A stretch of 63,953 nucleotides of DNA, the filler included, from Dirinaria sp. TL-2023a (lineage: Eukaryota), in the NCBI GenBank assembly GCA_051941275.1. It is 6 parts of 6 records of this genome, joined end to end, with 100 filler letters (N's around TTAATTAATTAA, not from the genome) between each part and the next. Parts side by side here need not be neighbours in the genome. Positions count along the whole stretch, not along the records: positions 32,069 to 42,650 come from JAVEBF010000924.1; positions 42,751 to 53,303 come from JAVEBF010000925.1; 4 more parts are not named here. One strand, given 5' to 3'. The notes below the pieces were generated by a model. It saw only the letters and a program-made list of their open reading frames with translations, searched no databases and was not told the DNA's origin. The position numbers and the translations under genes are program-made. Shown piece by piece: positions 37,307 to 49,369 of the stretch. The stretch's first letter is position 1, and every line of letters starts with the position of its first letter.

Positions 37307-40121
37307 TCACGTCTCCCCCGACACTTCGAGCTCCTTGACATATTTCACGAAAGCCTTCTTATGAACCATGCCAGCAAACTTTCCGTCTTGGAGCACGCAA
37401 ACATAGCGAAGACCAAGTTTCACAAAGCATTGGAAAACCAGATCCATAGGAGAGTGGATGTCCAAAGCGACAGGAGCGGGATCAATGTACGGTGTAAAGT
37501 CTGTGGGGTCATGCACTCTTTCCTCGTCTTCCTCGGTGTCCTGCCAAGTAGTATTTGAGACCATCAAGCATAGTGAATGCTCTTCGTTATCCAATTTGTC
37601 CAAGGCGAACTCAAGATCAGGCGCTGGGATTAAGCCTATGAGAACTCCGTGTCGCAGAATTGGCAAGCCACCATCTATTTCACCAGCATCATGAAGGCGC
37701 TCAAGCTTCGATCTTAAGACTTTTGCTGGCACCAGAGGCGAATTCGAGATCTCAATGACTCGGTGAGGTCTGACCCTTGGCGTAATGTCTCCCAAATCAG
37801 TGGTGAAGATGGGCCTAATCTTGTTGTCTAGCATTGGATACGAGTTCATGTCAGTAAGCAGGTCCTGCGCAGTCATTAGCTATGTTGAGCACGCAGTCCT
37901 TCCTTCGCGGGTTAATTACATAGATACTCAACGGCTCAAGGGCATCAGCCGTCCATTTTGCGACCAGCACTGCAAGCGAGAACGGTAAGACGTGGTTCAA
38001 GCTTCCGGTCAGCTCGAAGAGTATGACAGCAAGAGTAACCGATAACCTCGTTACACCGCACATAGTAGCGCCGGCCGCAACCAGCGCATAGACACCTGGT
38101 GTCACGCAGCGCTCAGCGCCTCCATCAGCCGGGCAGCTAGCAAAGACCCCGGCATTGGGGAAGCTGACGGTAAGGAACTGGACAAGATGGCCAACGATGC
38201 GGCCCATTAAGCCCCCAACAACCATTGACGGCACATAAATACCAGCAGGAACTTTGATGCCAAAGGTGATGGTAGTGAGCAAGGCTTTGACGATGAATGC
38301 GACGCAAAGATACCGCACGACAGCCATGATTTCATCGCCGGATTGAGGGCACAAGCCGGATCGATCAGTATGCTCGCACGGGCTAGCAATCTCGAACAAA
38401 AGCTCTGTGACAGCAAGTTTGGTGTAGCGGTTCCAAAAACTTGTGACCCCTGTAATCACCGCAACAAGGGCGACTTCCAGAATTGGCCACCTCTTGATAA
38501 CAGGTATGCGTCGAAAGGTGCGTGCCCAGACTCCCGAGGCTTTGATGAATAAAGCGCCCAAAGCGCCACCGAGTATGCCGAGTAGTATGAAAACAAATAT
38601 CTCAAAGAATTCCCAGTCCGTCACGTACCGGACCTCGAATATTACAATCTTGCCTGTGCCGTAGGGATCCAAAAACTTCACAGACAAAGCAGCAGCGATA
38701 CAACAGAAGAATGTTCGGAACAGAGTTTTAGCTGGAAAATAATAGCTGACCTCTTCGAGACTAAATAGCACGCCACCGATGGGAGCACCAAAAGCGACAC
38801 CAACTCCGCAGGCAGCAGCAGCACTGAGCATCTCGCGCCGCTTACCATCGTTGTGGTTGTATTTCGAGAAGACACGACAGGCGATGTTGCCCACACAAGT
38901 TGCAATGTGCACATATGGGCCTTCCTTGCCGAGACTGAGACCTGACGCGATACTGAATACGAGTGCCACGGTCTTGACCACGAGCGTTTTGGCACCAAGG
39001 TAGCCATGGACGACGAAGCCGCTGAGTATGACCTTTACCTCGGCCACTCCGCTTCCAGCAGCGGGATAATATACCATAGCGGATGGTTTCATGGGTGAAG
39101 GCAAGGGCTCTGTCGGACTTATAGCTCCATTGATACTGTAGATATCACCATCGCCCTCGTGCTTGCGATCAGCCCCAAGGTTTTCATCCAAAGTAGTCAT
39201 CGAAAAGGCCGAGGGAATCTCGGTCCTGGTTGTTAATGTGAGCAGGCAAGCCGCCAGAGCGAACAGGACCATGAAGAAGACATATGCCATGAAATCTATC
39301 CACTTTTCTTCCAGACCGGTAGTCTTCATCGCCAGGCCCCAGGTCTGCCAGGCCGGGCATTCCTCTCCTCCATAACAGCATTTCCTCTTGCCAAAGTACC
39401 AGCCTTCTTTGCAATATCCTTCTTTAATATCGAAAATTGCTGTTTCCGTAACATTCACGAAATACGCAATGCATGCTGTGATGCACCCGATGAGGGCCAC
39501 GAGTATCCAACCTTGTGCTCCATCGAACCATGCGTAGAGCCGTCCTCGAATGTCCTTACGCGATCTCAAGTCACGTACCCGAAAGGCGTCTGCAATACTA
39601 TCATGTACCCAGTCCGTGGATGTGAACTGATCGTACCACACCCTCTCATCCGCGAACAAGGACGCCTTCGACTCCGCGAGTCCTGACGAAGTCAGGGCGC
39701 TAGCTATATTGAAACCCCAAGAGTTTGCCCTGGCATGATGTTTCGGTAGACGAATACTCCCTGCCGATGTCCTCCTTGACTCCAACAACCCCACAGTATT
39801 TGGTGCGCTGACGTATGCTCTAGCTCGATGATCAGTGTTGACCAGAAGACCGGAGCGTTCGTCAAGTTGCACGCGCGAAGGTAAACGACTGCGCAGGTCA
39901 AGGTCGGATGTTCTGGCTGAGTGCAGTCTGCGGGCTGCTGTGGGAGAGATAGGACTTCGGTGGCCTGCGTGTGCGGAGAAAGCAAGGCTGTCATCCTCAT
40001 CATCCTCGTCGTCGTTCGTTTGATTTATGGATTGGTAGGATGCATTGGATCGAGGCATGTTAGGGGAGGTAGAAGGGACGGCGAAGCTGAGGCGAAGAGG
40101 TCGAGGTCTAGTGGGCTTCAT
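37307..40121 (-). CDS. CLC-family chloride channel/antiporter (Gef1-like)
   Basis: Signature motifs GSGVAEVK, GKEGP and GIYVP; C-terminal CBS region; intron near 37860-37920. Confidence 0.93.
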
Positions 40122-41141
40122 GTCAGCGGATTGGGAGCATATGAGTCAAACTGGACGATTGAGGAAGCGCCGGAAGAGGTACACCAGCCTTCGTCACCAG
40201 CACAAGAAAGCACGAGACTCAAGCAGGTGGTTATACCTCGGCAAGAAGACACGAGGTCCATTTCAGGCTGAGGCTACCGGCAGGCGCAGATTAGGCATGC
40301 TCGATGAGGCTGAAGCAGGATCACTCTGACGTGACCTTTACGGCGTTTGTTTCTTTTTGGAGCTTCATCACTGCTGCGACAAAGGGGGTGTGAAGAAGGG
40401 GCCGGACTCGGGAAAGAAGCACAGGCAGTGAAGAAACGGTGGGCAGTGCACCAGCTGCTGTTTCACATTTGACTCAAACAGCCGATGAACAATTGTCAGA
40501 CGGACATGTGGGGCCGGGGGGGCTGGGCAGGATGTAGAGGTAAAATCGATACATAGAGTACTTAGTTCTTGTGATTATTTAAGTATTATTATTGTCATGG
40601 TGGGGGATCTGAATATTTGACACTTCTCCATTTCCGTCCGGGTCACTTGATAAGGTAAGGTAGGGAATAATAGGTAGTGCTTACTGCTTGGGTTGTAAGC
40701 GTTGTTGCCGGTCTTTGTTTAGATGGCAAACGGTTCATCTAGCAGGGGGGCGAAGGGGAGCGAGGGGAGCTACGGTTAAAGGCCAAGAATGTGCCTTCTC
40801 ATTCTTTCAACCAATCACAGCTAGAGAGGGTGGCTTGAGCCGACGCGAGCAGATTGGCTTTGAGTAAAGCTGATCATACAACTAACAAGAACGTGAGCAT
40901 CGACTTGTTGACGTATGAAGTAGATGGATCATTTGGAGCATATAGTATCCAAGATAAGGGTAGTGCCTCATTGCAAAACGCCGACATATTACGGATGCGA
41001 GAAGCATGCTGGCAGTAGTCTTCCACTATTACGCTCGACATTTCTGCCTTTGGCGATAGCTTCAGAGCTTCTTCTCCGAATCTAGCCTTTATGCGTTTCT
41101 TCCATGACTGCAGGTAACGCAGAGATTCTCCCGTCGGCCTG

Positions 41142-41914
41142 ATGGAGGCAAATCAACGAACTTCAGGCGCTCTCTTGAGTGGGTCTTCTGCCTTGGAACA
41201 AGAGGTCCATACTTCATCTACGCCAATGTTCTGATCAGCTGAGCAGATCGAGCGCTTGCCGACATTTCGCAACTTGTCAAAAGATTCGAAAATATCCTAG
41301 GCTATGCACCCGTAAGTACATAGGACCTTTGGATCCTTCTGGCTTTTGAGATGCATCCCTGCCTTGATAAAATGCCACTTCTTTTATTTGGATTCTCTTC
41401 CATGATTCTTCAAGCAACTTGGAGAGTTAGAATTTCCTCAACCTCACGGCTAGAAATACTGTGTCGACCAAAGTCAATGTTGTCGAATCTACAATGGTAC
41501 AAGTCTCGATCAGGGCGTGTTAACTATCCACCCAGGTCGAAGCCGAAAATCACAATGCAACTGCTGTAGCTGCTTATCAGATGGAGGTTGAAACAGCAGC
41601 GCTGGTAAGTCGATCTCATTCCCGATGATCCATTGTTCAGGGCTGCTTTTCGACCAGCGGAGTTGGTGATGGGTGTCTGCGAGTCGATACTCCACCATTG
41701 AGGCTAAATCATGTATCAGGTACGAGCCGCAGAGGACGTTCTTTCGTTAACAAGGGTGCTCAAGGAAGCATGGCTCTTTGGGAGACTGAACACCGTGGGC
41801 ACTAGCAAAGTAGAGAAGGAGGCGGAGGAATATGCTATAGACGTAGCAGAGCGGTTACAGAGGCTAGCGGGCGAAGGGGAAGCCATGGAGATGTCTTCAC
41901 GAGCAAAGGGCTGA
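41142..41914 (+). CDS. MED22: Mediator subunit Med22 (Srb6), multi-exon
   Basis: Spliced MEANQRTSGALL-NRALADISQLVKRFENIL..-AYQMEVETAAL-VRAAEDVLSLTRVLKEAWLFG. Confidence 0.82.
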
Positions 41915-42127
41915 CTACATGTAATGTAGCTCAATGAAATTATGCTTTAATCCGAGACAAAATTAATTGATCCGTCAATGTAAATGTACTGTAAAGATAC
42001 TGTTGCTTAAACAATCCTGCAGTAACCAGCAAATATAAGACGTTGGGCATGGATGACCTGAAGCAATACACAGGAATGAGTGAATGAATAAAGTTTATAT
42101 TTTTAATAGTTAGTGCTAGAAATCATA

Positions 42128-42294
42128 GCGGGTATTGGCGCAGTGGTAACCGGGTCCGGTTGTAAATCCCAGTCAAGAACACCCAAAAACCCCAATGAAG
42201 CCTGAACTCTGGCCTCTGCCCTTATAGTACAGGGTATACCAGGAGGGGTTTGGTAAGGCCGGTCCCCCTAAAAAAGGGGCCGGCCTGAGCTTTT
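42128..42294 (+). ncRNA. Candidate structured Pol III-type non-coding RNA (unidentified)
   Basis: Consensus A-box TGGCGCAGTGG at 42136-42146, nested stems, strong hairpin at 42256-42286, TTTT at 42291, imperfect B-box-like GGTTCGAACTC at 42382, AT-rich TATA-like upstream region. Confidence 0.4.
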
Positions 42295-42489
42295 GCCATT
42301 TTGAACAAATATCCAAATAGTTGTATCATCTAAAGCCCTTGCCTGGGCGCTGGAAATAGATTCCAAGGACGACAGCGGCGTGGTTCGAACTCTCGACGTC
42401 CCAATTCGGACAGCACGTGATGCCATAACCGAGCTTTAGGGCTACCTCATGGTAAGGGAAGATAGTCCTCCGAGACCTATCAAACTCCA

Positions 42490-42650
42490 ATGCCACAGTT
42501 ACCACCACTCACCCTCATCGTAGCCACAACCCCCTCACTAGGCATCGGTCTGCGCGGCTCCCTCCCCTGGCCACCTCTGAAAGGCGATCTCGCATTCTTC
42601 GCCAAAGTCACAAAACGTCTTCCCCCACCAGCACCACCCCGCTACCCCTC
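42490..42650 (+). CDS. DFR1: Dihydrofolate reductase, 5' fragment (truncated by contig end)
   Basis: LTLIVATTPSLGIGLRGSLPWPPLKGDLAFFAKVTKR is a typical DHFR N-terminus. Confidence 0.85.
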
Positions 42651-42750
42651 NNNNNNNNNNNNNNNNNNNNNNNNNNNNNNNNNNNNNNNNNNNNTTAATT
42701 AATTAANNNNNNNNNNNNNNNNNNNNNNNNNNNNNNNNNNNNNNNNNNNN
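42651..42750. other. Artificial contig linker
   Basis: N + TTAATTAATTAA + N. Confidence 0.98.
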
Positions 42751-43170
42751 CTCTATACATCACTCAAGCAGGCGAGCAAGTGGTGTACAAAAAATGCAAA
42801 CGCAAACTCAAAAAAAGGTTAAAAGCAAAGGATACTACAATCGCCTGAGCGGGGAATAATAAAAAAAAGGGGTTTCGCCATCTTTTTGGGCGGTGTTGCG
42901 GAAAGAAAAAAAAAAAAGAACAGGTAGGTTATTATCATGATCTCGTCAATGTTTCTCCTTCTTTTCTTCTTTCTTCCCTCTTGGAATAAGGGAGGAGAGT
43001 AAAAACTTTAACCAACCCAACCACCCCCCCACCCGATCACTCCACGCGCCGCCCGCTTTCATTATATTTCTCTCCTCTTCTCTCTCCCTGATACCCTCTG
43101 GGAGGATAATACTGTTCCCCAGATACCCGAAACCTGAAAAATTTGAGCCGCCGGGCGTCATTCTGACGGC

Positions 43171-45099
43171 TTATGATGAAGGGCCGAGGGGAACCTGATC
43201 CACAGCGCCGCCTTCCTTCGCCGGCCAATTCGCATCCGTCAGCGCTCTCTGGATGGACCCGACATGCCCGTACCCTCCTTCCAGCTTCGCCGTCTCATTC
43301 CATCCAACGGGATCATCCGCCCAGAACGTGAAAAACGAGGTGGGGAGCCCCGTGACGTTTGTTTTCGCGGCCGCGAACGGCTGGTAGACGGCGTTGCCCT
43401 GGGTCGAGACGGACGCGGGTTTGACGACGAGCGGGGAGGTGACGTTGTAGGTTTCTTGGTCGTTGATGCTGCCGGGGACGCCGGTGATCTGGGTTTCGTG
43501 GATGGTGTTGTTGGTCCCGGGGAGCACGCGGTAGATGTAGGTCGTGCCGTTGTGGGAGAGGGCGCTGATTTGGGCGTTGTTATGGGTTAGGAAGGTGGGG
43601 AGGGAAAGGCCTGGATTTAGATTTAGTTTTAGGTTAGAATTTGGGTGAGAATTGGTAGACGAGAAGCAATGCGTACCTTCGGTGTATTTGATTTCCGGTG
43701 CAGTGATGTCGGTCCAGTATTCTTGCAACGTCCGTTTGCCGGTCGAGAAGAAGAGTCGCAGGATATTGGTGCTTTCGTCGATGGTGGCGGTCATTTGCGA
43801 CGTCGGCCACGCGGTGGAGAAGTTGGTGCCTTTGGACCACGTATCGTTGTTCTGATTCCAGATCAACTCTTGGATCACGCTGTTCCCGGTGCTGTCCATG
43901 TTCTGCGAGCGATAGAAGACACGTGCCTGAGGTCCGGCGTGGAATGCCGTTGAGTGGACTGCTGCTATACGGTAACCGTCCCAGTTGTTGACAGGATCGT
44001 TGTCGTCATTATTAGGAGTTGGGACGTTGCCTCTCACTTGGAGCTGCAGTTGTTTCTTTAGAGTCCTTTGCTCCCAGTAATTACTATCCGAGAACATCTT
44101 GCGTTTCTCCTGTAAATTCAGGTTCTGATCGACATAGAAGATAGTAGCCTGCTGTTGCGTGCCATTGAGATATGTTATCGTGGCCAACCCGGTGTTATTG
44201 ACCGCATCCGTGAAAATCGGGCTACTCCACGATCAGAAAATCGTCTAGATCCTTTCCTTTATAGACTTACTGTGTAGTCTGCCAAGGGCCCAATGCGTCG
44301 GATACAGTCTCACTGATATTTCCGATCGCAGATTGAAAGTACATCCGGAATGTCTGTTTACTCGCCGGATTGCCATTCCCGGGATTCACGTACGATATCA
44401 CGTTTAATGGAGAATCAACAAGAACGTCTTGCGGCCTGTAAAGTAGCAAAAGTCAGACCGAATTCTGTAGTGTTCTCGACGCTTACGATAACTCACAGCA
44501 GAGGTCCACTGGCAATTGGGGTCGGTGTCGGTATTGTAGTTGGATTTGCTGGAGCTTCAGGCGCGGATGATGGCGAAGATGAACGCTTCATTCCCCCAAG
44601 AATCCCACCAAGAAGAGCGGCGGCAACAATCAAAACCAAAAGAATGACGAATAGTATCCAGAATATGCGTTTCCGCATTCCGCATATTCTTTGTGGCTTG
44701 GGTTCTGGAGGTAGAGGGAGCTCGTCATCCATCGTCTTCAATTTTGCAGGTGTGCCTGGGGTTTCCGGAACCATTGTGGTGCCTGCCATGGCGGAAGTCA
44801 ATGTCGAGTCCATTGGTGAATCCATCGAAGTCGGCGAATCGTGAGGTCTCTCATCAACCCGAATCTCTTTCTCATGAAAATAGACATCATCATTGCTTTG
44901 ACGCTGTCGCTTCGGTTTCGGGGCAGCCTTGAGAGGATCCAGGTGTTTGTCGGTACTATCTTGCGCTCGAGTGTCGACTTGAAGACCTTCGTAGTCCCAT
45001 CCGCCATGGTACTACACTCATGGTCAGCAAGATGATGGAGTTTCCCGGATTCGTATTACCCACCGAATCCCCGGAATCCTGTTTCCAATGCTTCGACAT
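43171..45099 (-). CDS. Type II membrane-anchored protein with fungal fucose-lectin-like beta-propeller ectodomain, multi-exon
   Basis: Exon 1 MSKHWKQDSGDS spliced to ..EGLQV..; TM segment RICGMRKRIFWILFVILLVLIVAAALLGGILG; propeller-like blades RMYFQS..ISE, IFYVD..LQE, RVFYRS..IQELIW and RLFFST..LQEYW. Confidence 0.7.
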
Positions 45100-47057
45100 G
45101 ATGCCCGCTCACGTCCTTGCAAAATACCGAACGAAGAGCCGCGAAGTATAGAACATGCAGAGAAGCAAGTTGGACAAACGCAGGCCTGGAGATAGAAGAG
45201 GAATAAATTCTCCGAAAGGTCTATAATCCCTCACGCAAGAGCACGTGCGGCCGGTTAAGTGGCTGGAATGGTGCAGGCGCAGCAAGAAGTTGAGGCGCGC
45301 GAAAGAAGACGCTGGTCCGGCGCAAGAAGCCGCAAAGGTCGACGTCTGGGGTTTGCCGGCTGATGCCGGTGCTTCAGCCAATGCCCTGGTTATAGACCGA
45401 CTTCTAAGCCTGTTATATTATGCGCTGCTTGCAGGGGTATGATAAGTGTATCTGGAGGACGCCACTTTGGCGGACCTGCCGACAGAGGGTTTCAGAGATC
45501 CCGCATGAAGTACTAGACACGAACCTCATGAATGGGAACCAATCAGACGAAGGAAACATCTTTCAATCGACATCCCAACGCCACTTCTCAAGGGCCACCG
45601 CTAGACAAGGATGACAACGACCTCTGCATACATATGATTCTTCAATGTCGACTTTCCAGAACACAGATTGAAACACGAAGTGGAAGTATGGGGGTGGCCA
45701 CGCATGATTGGAGGCTAGTACGACTAAGCAGGTAAAAGGAGCTTCTGGCGCAGCTTCGGTGCAGAACTCGTGCACTTCTTAGCCGTTGCTCAAACATAAT
45801 TCTCCGATCCACGGCTACCATGAATGCATCCCTGAGTCCCTGACATTCCTGGAGTGTAGGAAGCTAGCTTGTGCGGAGAATTGGTGGCGATCATTGCTGC
45901 GGGTGCAGAGGTGGATGGGACATGCCTGAATACTTTGACTAAAGCAGGATAGCGTGGAGGGCTCGCTAGCGGGATGGCCAATGCGACGATCGCGCTTATA
46001 TCGTCGCTTATCCAATCCCGTGTCAGGCGCACATCACCCGAACACGAGCTATAGAAAGCCGGAACAGTCACTAACAAGTGGACTTAAGGTATGCCAATAC
46101 CGAAGGTAGAGCAGGGGCGATTGCTAGCCTGTCGTGGACCACTAACCCCCCACAGCCGCGATAAACCGGTTTTGGAGGCATAACCCGACACGTTAACCGT
46201 GACAGTTATAGATTCCCCTGCAAGATCGAATGATGCTCGCCTCCGCTACGCAACCAGACCCACGCCCAGCCTTTGCCTATTGCAGTAAAGTTTGCTGTGG
46301 GACTCCTTGTCTCAACGAGTCCACCAGGTCCAATCGTGTCGTCGGGTTCAAGCTTTGATGGATGAAGGAAGGATTCCAGAAGGACTTTCACCAAACTCAA
46401 AACTATAATGCCTTATCTGGATACTCGTAATCGATAATGGAATGCATCACATCCCGCGAACTCTGACTTAAGACTCCACGATGGATTGGCGGTCTAGAAA
46501 ACTGCTTTTCCATTGAGAGAAGGTGGTCGGTTGGATTCGGCAAAGGCATTCGTGCGCTTGCCAGAGAGCTTGGCCTAGCATTCTGCGCCGAACTCTTGAC
46601 TGGAATATTGGAAGCCGAACAGAGCCATCACAGGCGTTTGGACTCCTATCACAGATCAACGATCGCAAGGCACCTTCATCAACAAGAAACGACAGTGTGT
46701 GCTTTACGTAATCGCACATGATCATCGATCTTTTTTCCCCTGCAGCCACTTCCGGTCGCGGGAAATTCCCACTCCAATCATCCTTTTCCCTCCATACCTC
46801 GCTTAGTCTTCAGTGCTGAGTAGCCACGCTACCAACGTGAAAACTGAAATGGAAGCGACTGTTGCCGAACCTGGAACTTGCTCCGAAGCGTCCACGGCAT
46901 GCCCGATGCAGGTTGCTTCAAATGATGAAAGGGTGCCGTACCTTATGCTATGCGTGTCCTGCATGACGCAGGCAATAATATGTAATGCCACATCCAGTTG
47001 AACAATAATGGCGACGTGCACAACTCCTTGCACTTTGTGTGACCTGCAAGGCGTGTT

Positions 47058-49044
47058 TCAAGATGATGACGGACGGCGAGATCCATCTCCTTCGTCTCGA
47101 GGCATGCGCATGCCCATCGAGCCCATCAGGTTTCCACTAGGACCGGCCTTACCCCCTTGGCCTTTGAAGCTTTCCAGGAGATTTCTGGCCAGGTTCAGAT
47201 CAATGTCCACCTCGTCCCCTGTCTCATCAGCCGAAGTGGTTGCAGTAGCCGACTGCATCGGTCCCTCTGGGCTTTCGTGAGGATCTGAATTGTGCAAAGA
47301 TTTCAACTTCAGAGAGGAGTCGTCGTGGTCGTCGCCGTCCAAGCGCAAAGCACCGGCGTCGCGAAGTTCGTGCTCTATCGCTCGCGCTGTCTCATTGATT
47401 TCGAGTTCTTCAATATTCCTTTCAAGGCATAGCTCATTACCTTTCTCGGCTGGTTGGGAACTGTCTTTACCCTGTCGCTCTGGCTCCAGACCCATCATCT
47501 CCCGCATCATAGCCGTGAACTTTTCTTCGTTGAAGTCGATCTCGGCGTCTACTGACATACCGCCGCTGCCCTGGCTTGACATGTCATCCTCGCTTTGATC
47601 CTCGTCACTGCCCAGATCGTCCAGGAACTCGGCACCATCTACACCAGCTGTGTCATCATTCAGAAAGCTTTCAAATCTTCCTACCATCCTGCGGAGATTT
47701 TCTTGTGCAACTTTATCGCCAAATCCATCAAGGGGAGATGAAGCTTCGCGCGCTTTTTGGCCGGCAAGTTCCTTTTCAAAATCTTCAAAGCTAATATTGA
47801 GCCAGTCCTCATTATCCTCTCTTTGCGGCCAAGCCTCCATCTCAGCCTGCGAAGGCAAATGATCTTGTCCGTCTTCGATGTCTTCAAGGAGCAGTGCGAT
47901 CTGCCTGACCTGCTTCTTGTCTTTATTTTGAGGATCAGAAATTAGCATCTCGAACCCACAGCTAAGCTTCATGCCAAGTTCCGCCATTGCTCGAGCTCTT
48001 GTATTGTGGTCTCTTGAAGCGATCTTTGTCCAGCTTGTAGGTGCTGAAAATTGCTGACTCTTGAGCTGAGCATACGCTACCTTCGTGAACTTTACAGACA
48101 TCGTAACGAAATCCTGAGGTGGGAAGAACAGTTTTTCTGAATTCTGAGCTTGCAAAGGCCGTAGTGCAATGGGATCTCGGAGATAAAATGCTTCTATAGC
48201 AGCGGTAATACAGGTCTCGTCCTGATGGAGGATATAGGCCAATTTTCGAGGCAGCATAACAAGCGCATGGTGCAGACTCTGCTCAATTTGCTGAGGATAT
48301 TTTTCAAGCCTATAAAAAGCCTCTTTCTGAACTGATGGCGAATGCAGAAGCTTTGTGGGATTCTTCTGAATGAATTCGTGAGCGTCTAGCACAGTAATAG
48401 CAGATACCGACTGCTTCCCGAGTCTAGGGTCCGCTGCCAACTGCTCCGGCGGAATGAGATACAATTTAGCGGCATTAATCCAGACCTGCTTTTTATTAAT
48501 GACAAAACCCATCTAGTGGAGAGACTCAGAACTTCTTACCCTGTTCTCCGCAATTTCTGGGTTCAACCATTTGGGGAGGACATTTGCAGCCTCGATGAGG
48601 AGGAACTGGCCATCAGTGTCCACGACACTGATCCAGATTTCTGGGAATCGCTCGCTAAGTTGTCGTAGAATATATACAACCAGCCACTCGTCTTCCACTG
48701 AATCGCCGTAATTCGTCCGTCCACGCAGGAATGATAACCCTAAAGATGATGAGCCTCGGTCACGTGAATAAATACAAGCCCCCCCACCAATAGACAGTGA
48801 TACCTTTTTCCTTGACAAGCTGGAGCTTGAATGGATCGCGCTGCCAGATGAAGCCCTGCAGAAGCTTTTTCGTCAATGAATTCGCCCCGGCCTGGACCTC
48901 TCGAAGCTTTTGCCGGACCTCGATATCCTTGGATTGCGCATCGATGTAGAAAATGACGTACTCAACGCAATCGTCAGGTAAGCGTCTAGGGAACCCATCA
49001 AACCCTTCGCCGAACCATTTGAATCCGTCCGTTGCTTCGGTCAT
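47058..49044 (-). CDS. SGT1/Ecdysoneless (Ecd) family protein, multi-exon
   Basis: GFIWQRDPF, GRTNYGDSVEDEWLVVYIL, DGQFLLIEAANVLPKWLNPE, FYLRDP, GMKLSCGFEML, NLLESFKGQGGKAGPSGNL. Confidence 0.9.
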
Positions 49045-49369
49045 CTCTGTGTTCGATGAAATGTATGACCAAATCCAGGAATTGGGGGCGGTTTGAAGTG
49101 GAAGGCAAAAAAGAAACCCGAATGCCAAGACACGAGGCTGAAGATAAGATTAGATACTTTAGCAGCAGCATTAGCCTAGGCAAGAACAGGCAACTTTGCC
49201 GATTGTTTACGAGAAAACAAACGCGATCTTTCCGTGGGACACACTGATAATGTAACACATCCCCGATTACAGCATGGTCTAAGGTGTGCACATTATTCTA
49301 ATCTGTCTCTTCGTTTTTTTTTTTTTCCCTTTCGTTTCTCTGAAGTTTGGTCTGTGTCAGAACATCATC

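Noticed and set aside
42128..42404. tRNA-Tyr (A-box, TTGTAAA loop, GGTTCGA) or telomerase RNA three-way junction
   Set aside because: The D-stem, anticodon stem and acceptor stem do not pair, and no telomere template is nearby. Kept only as an unidentified ncRNA candidate.
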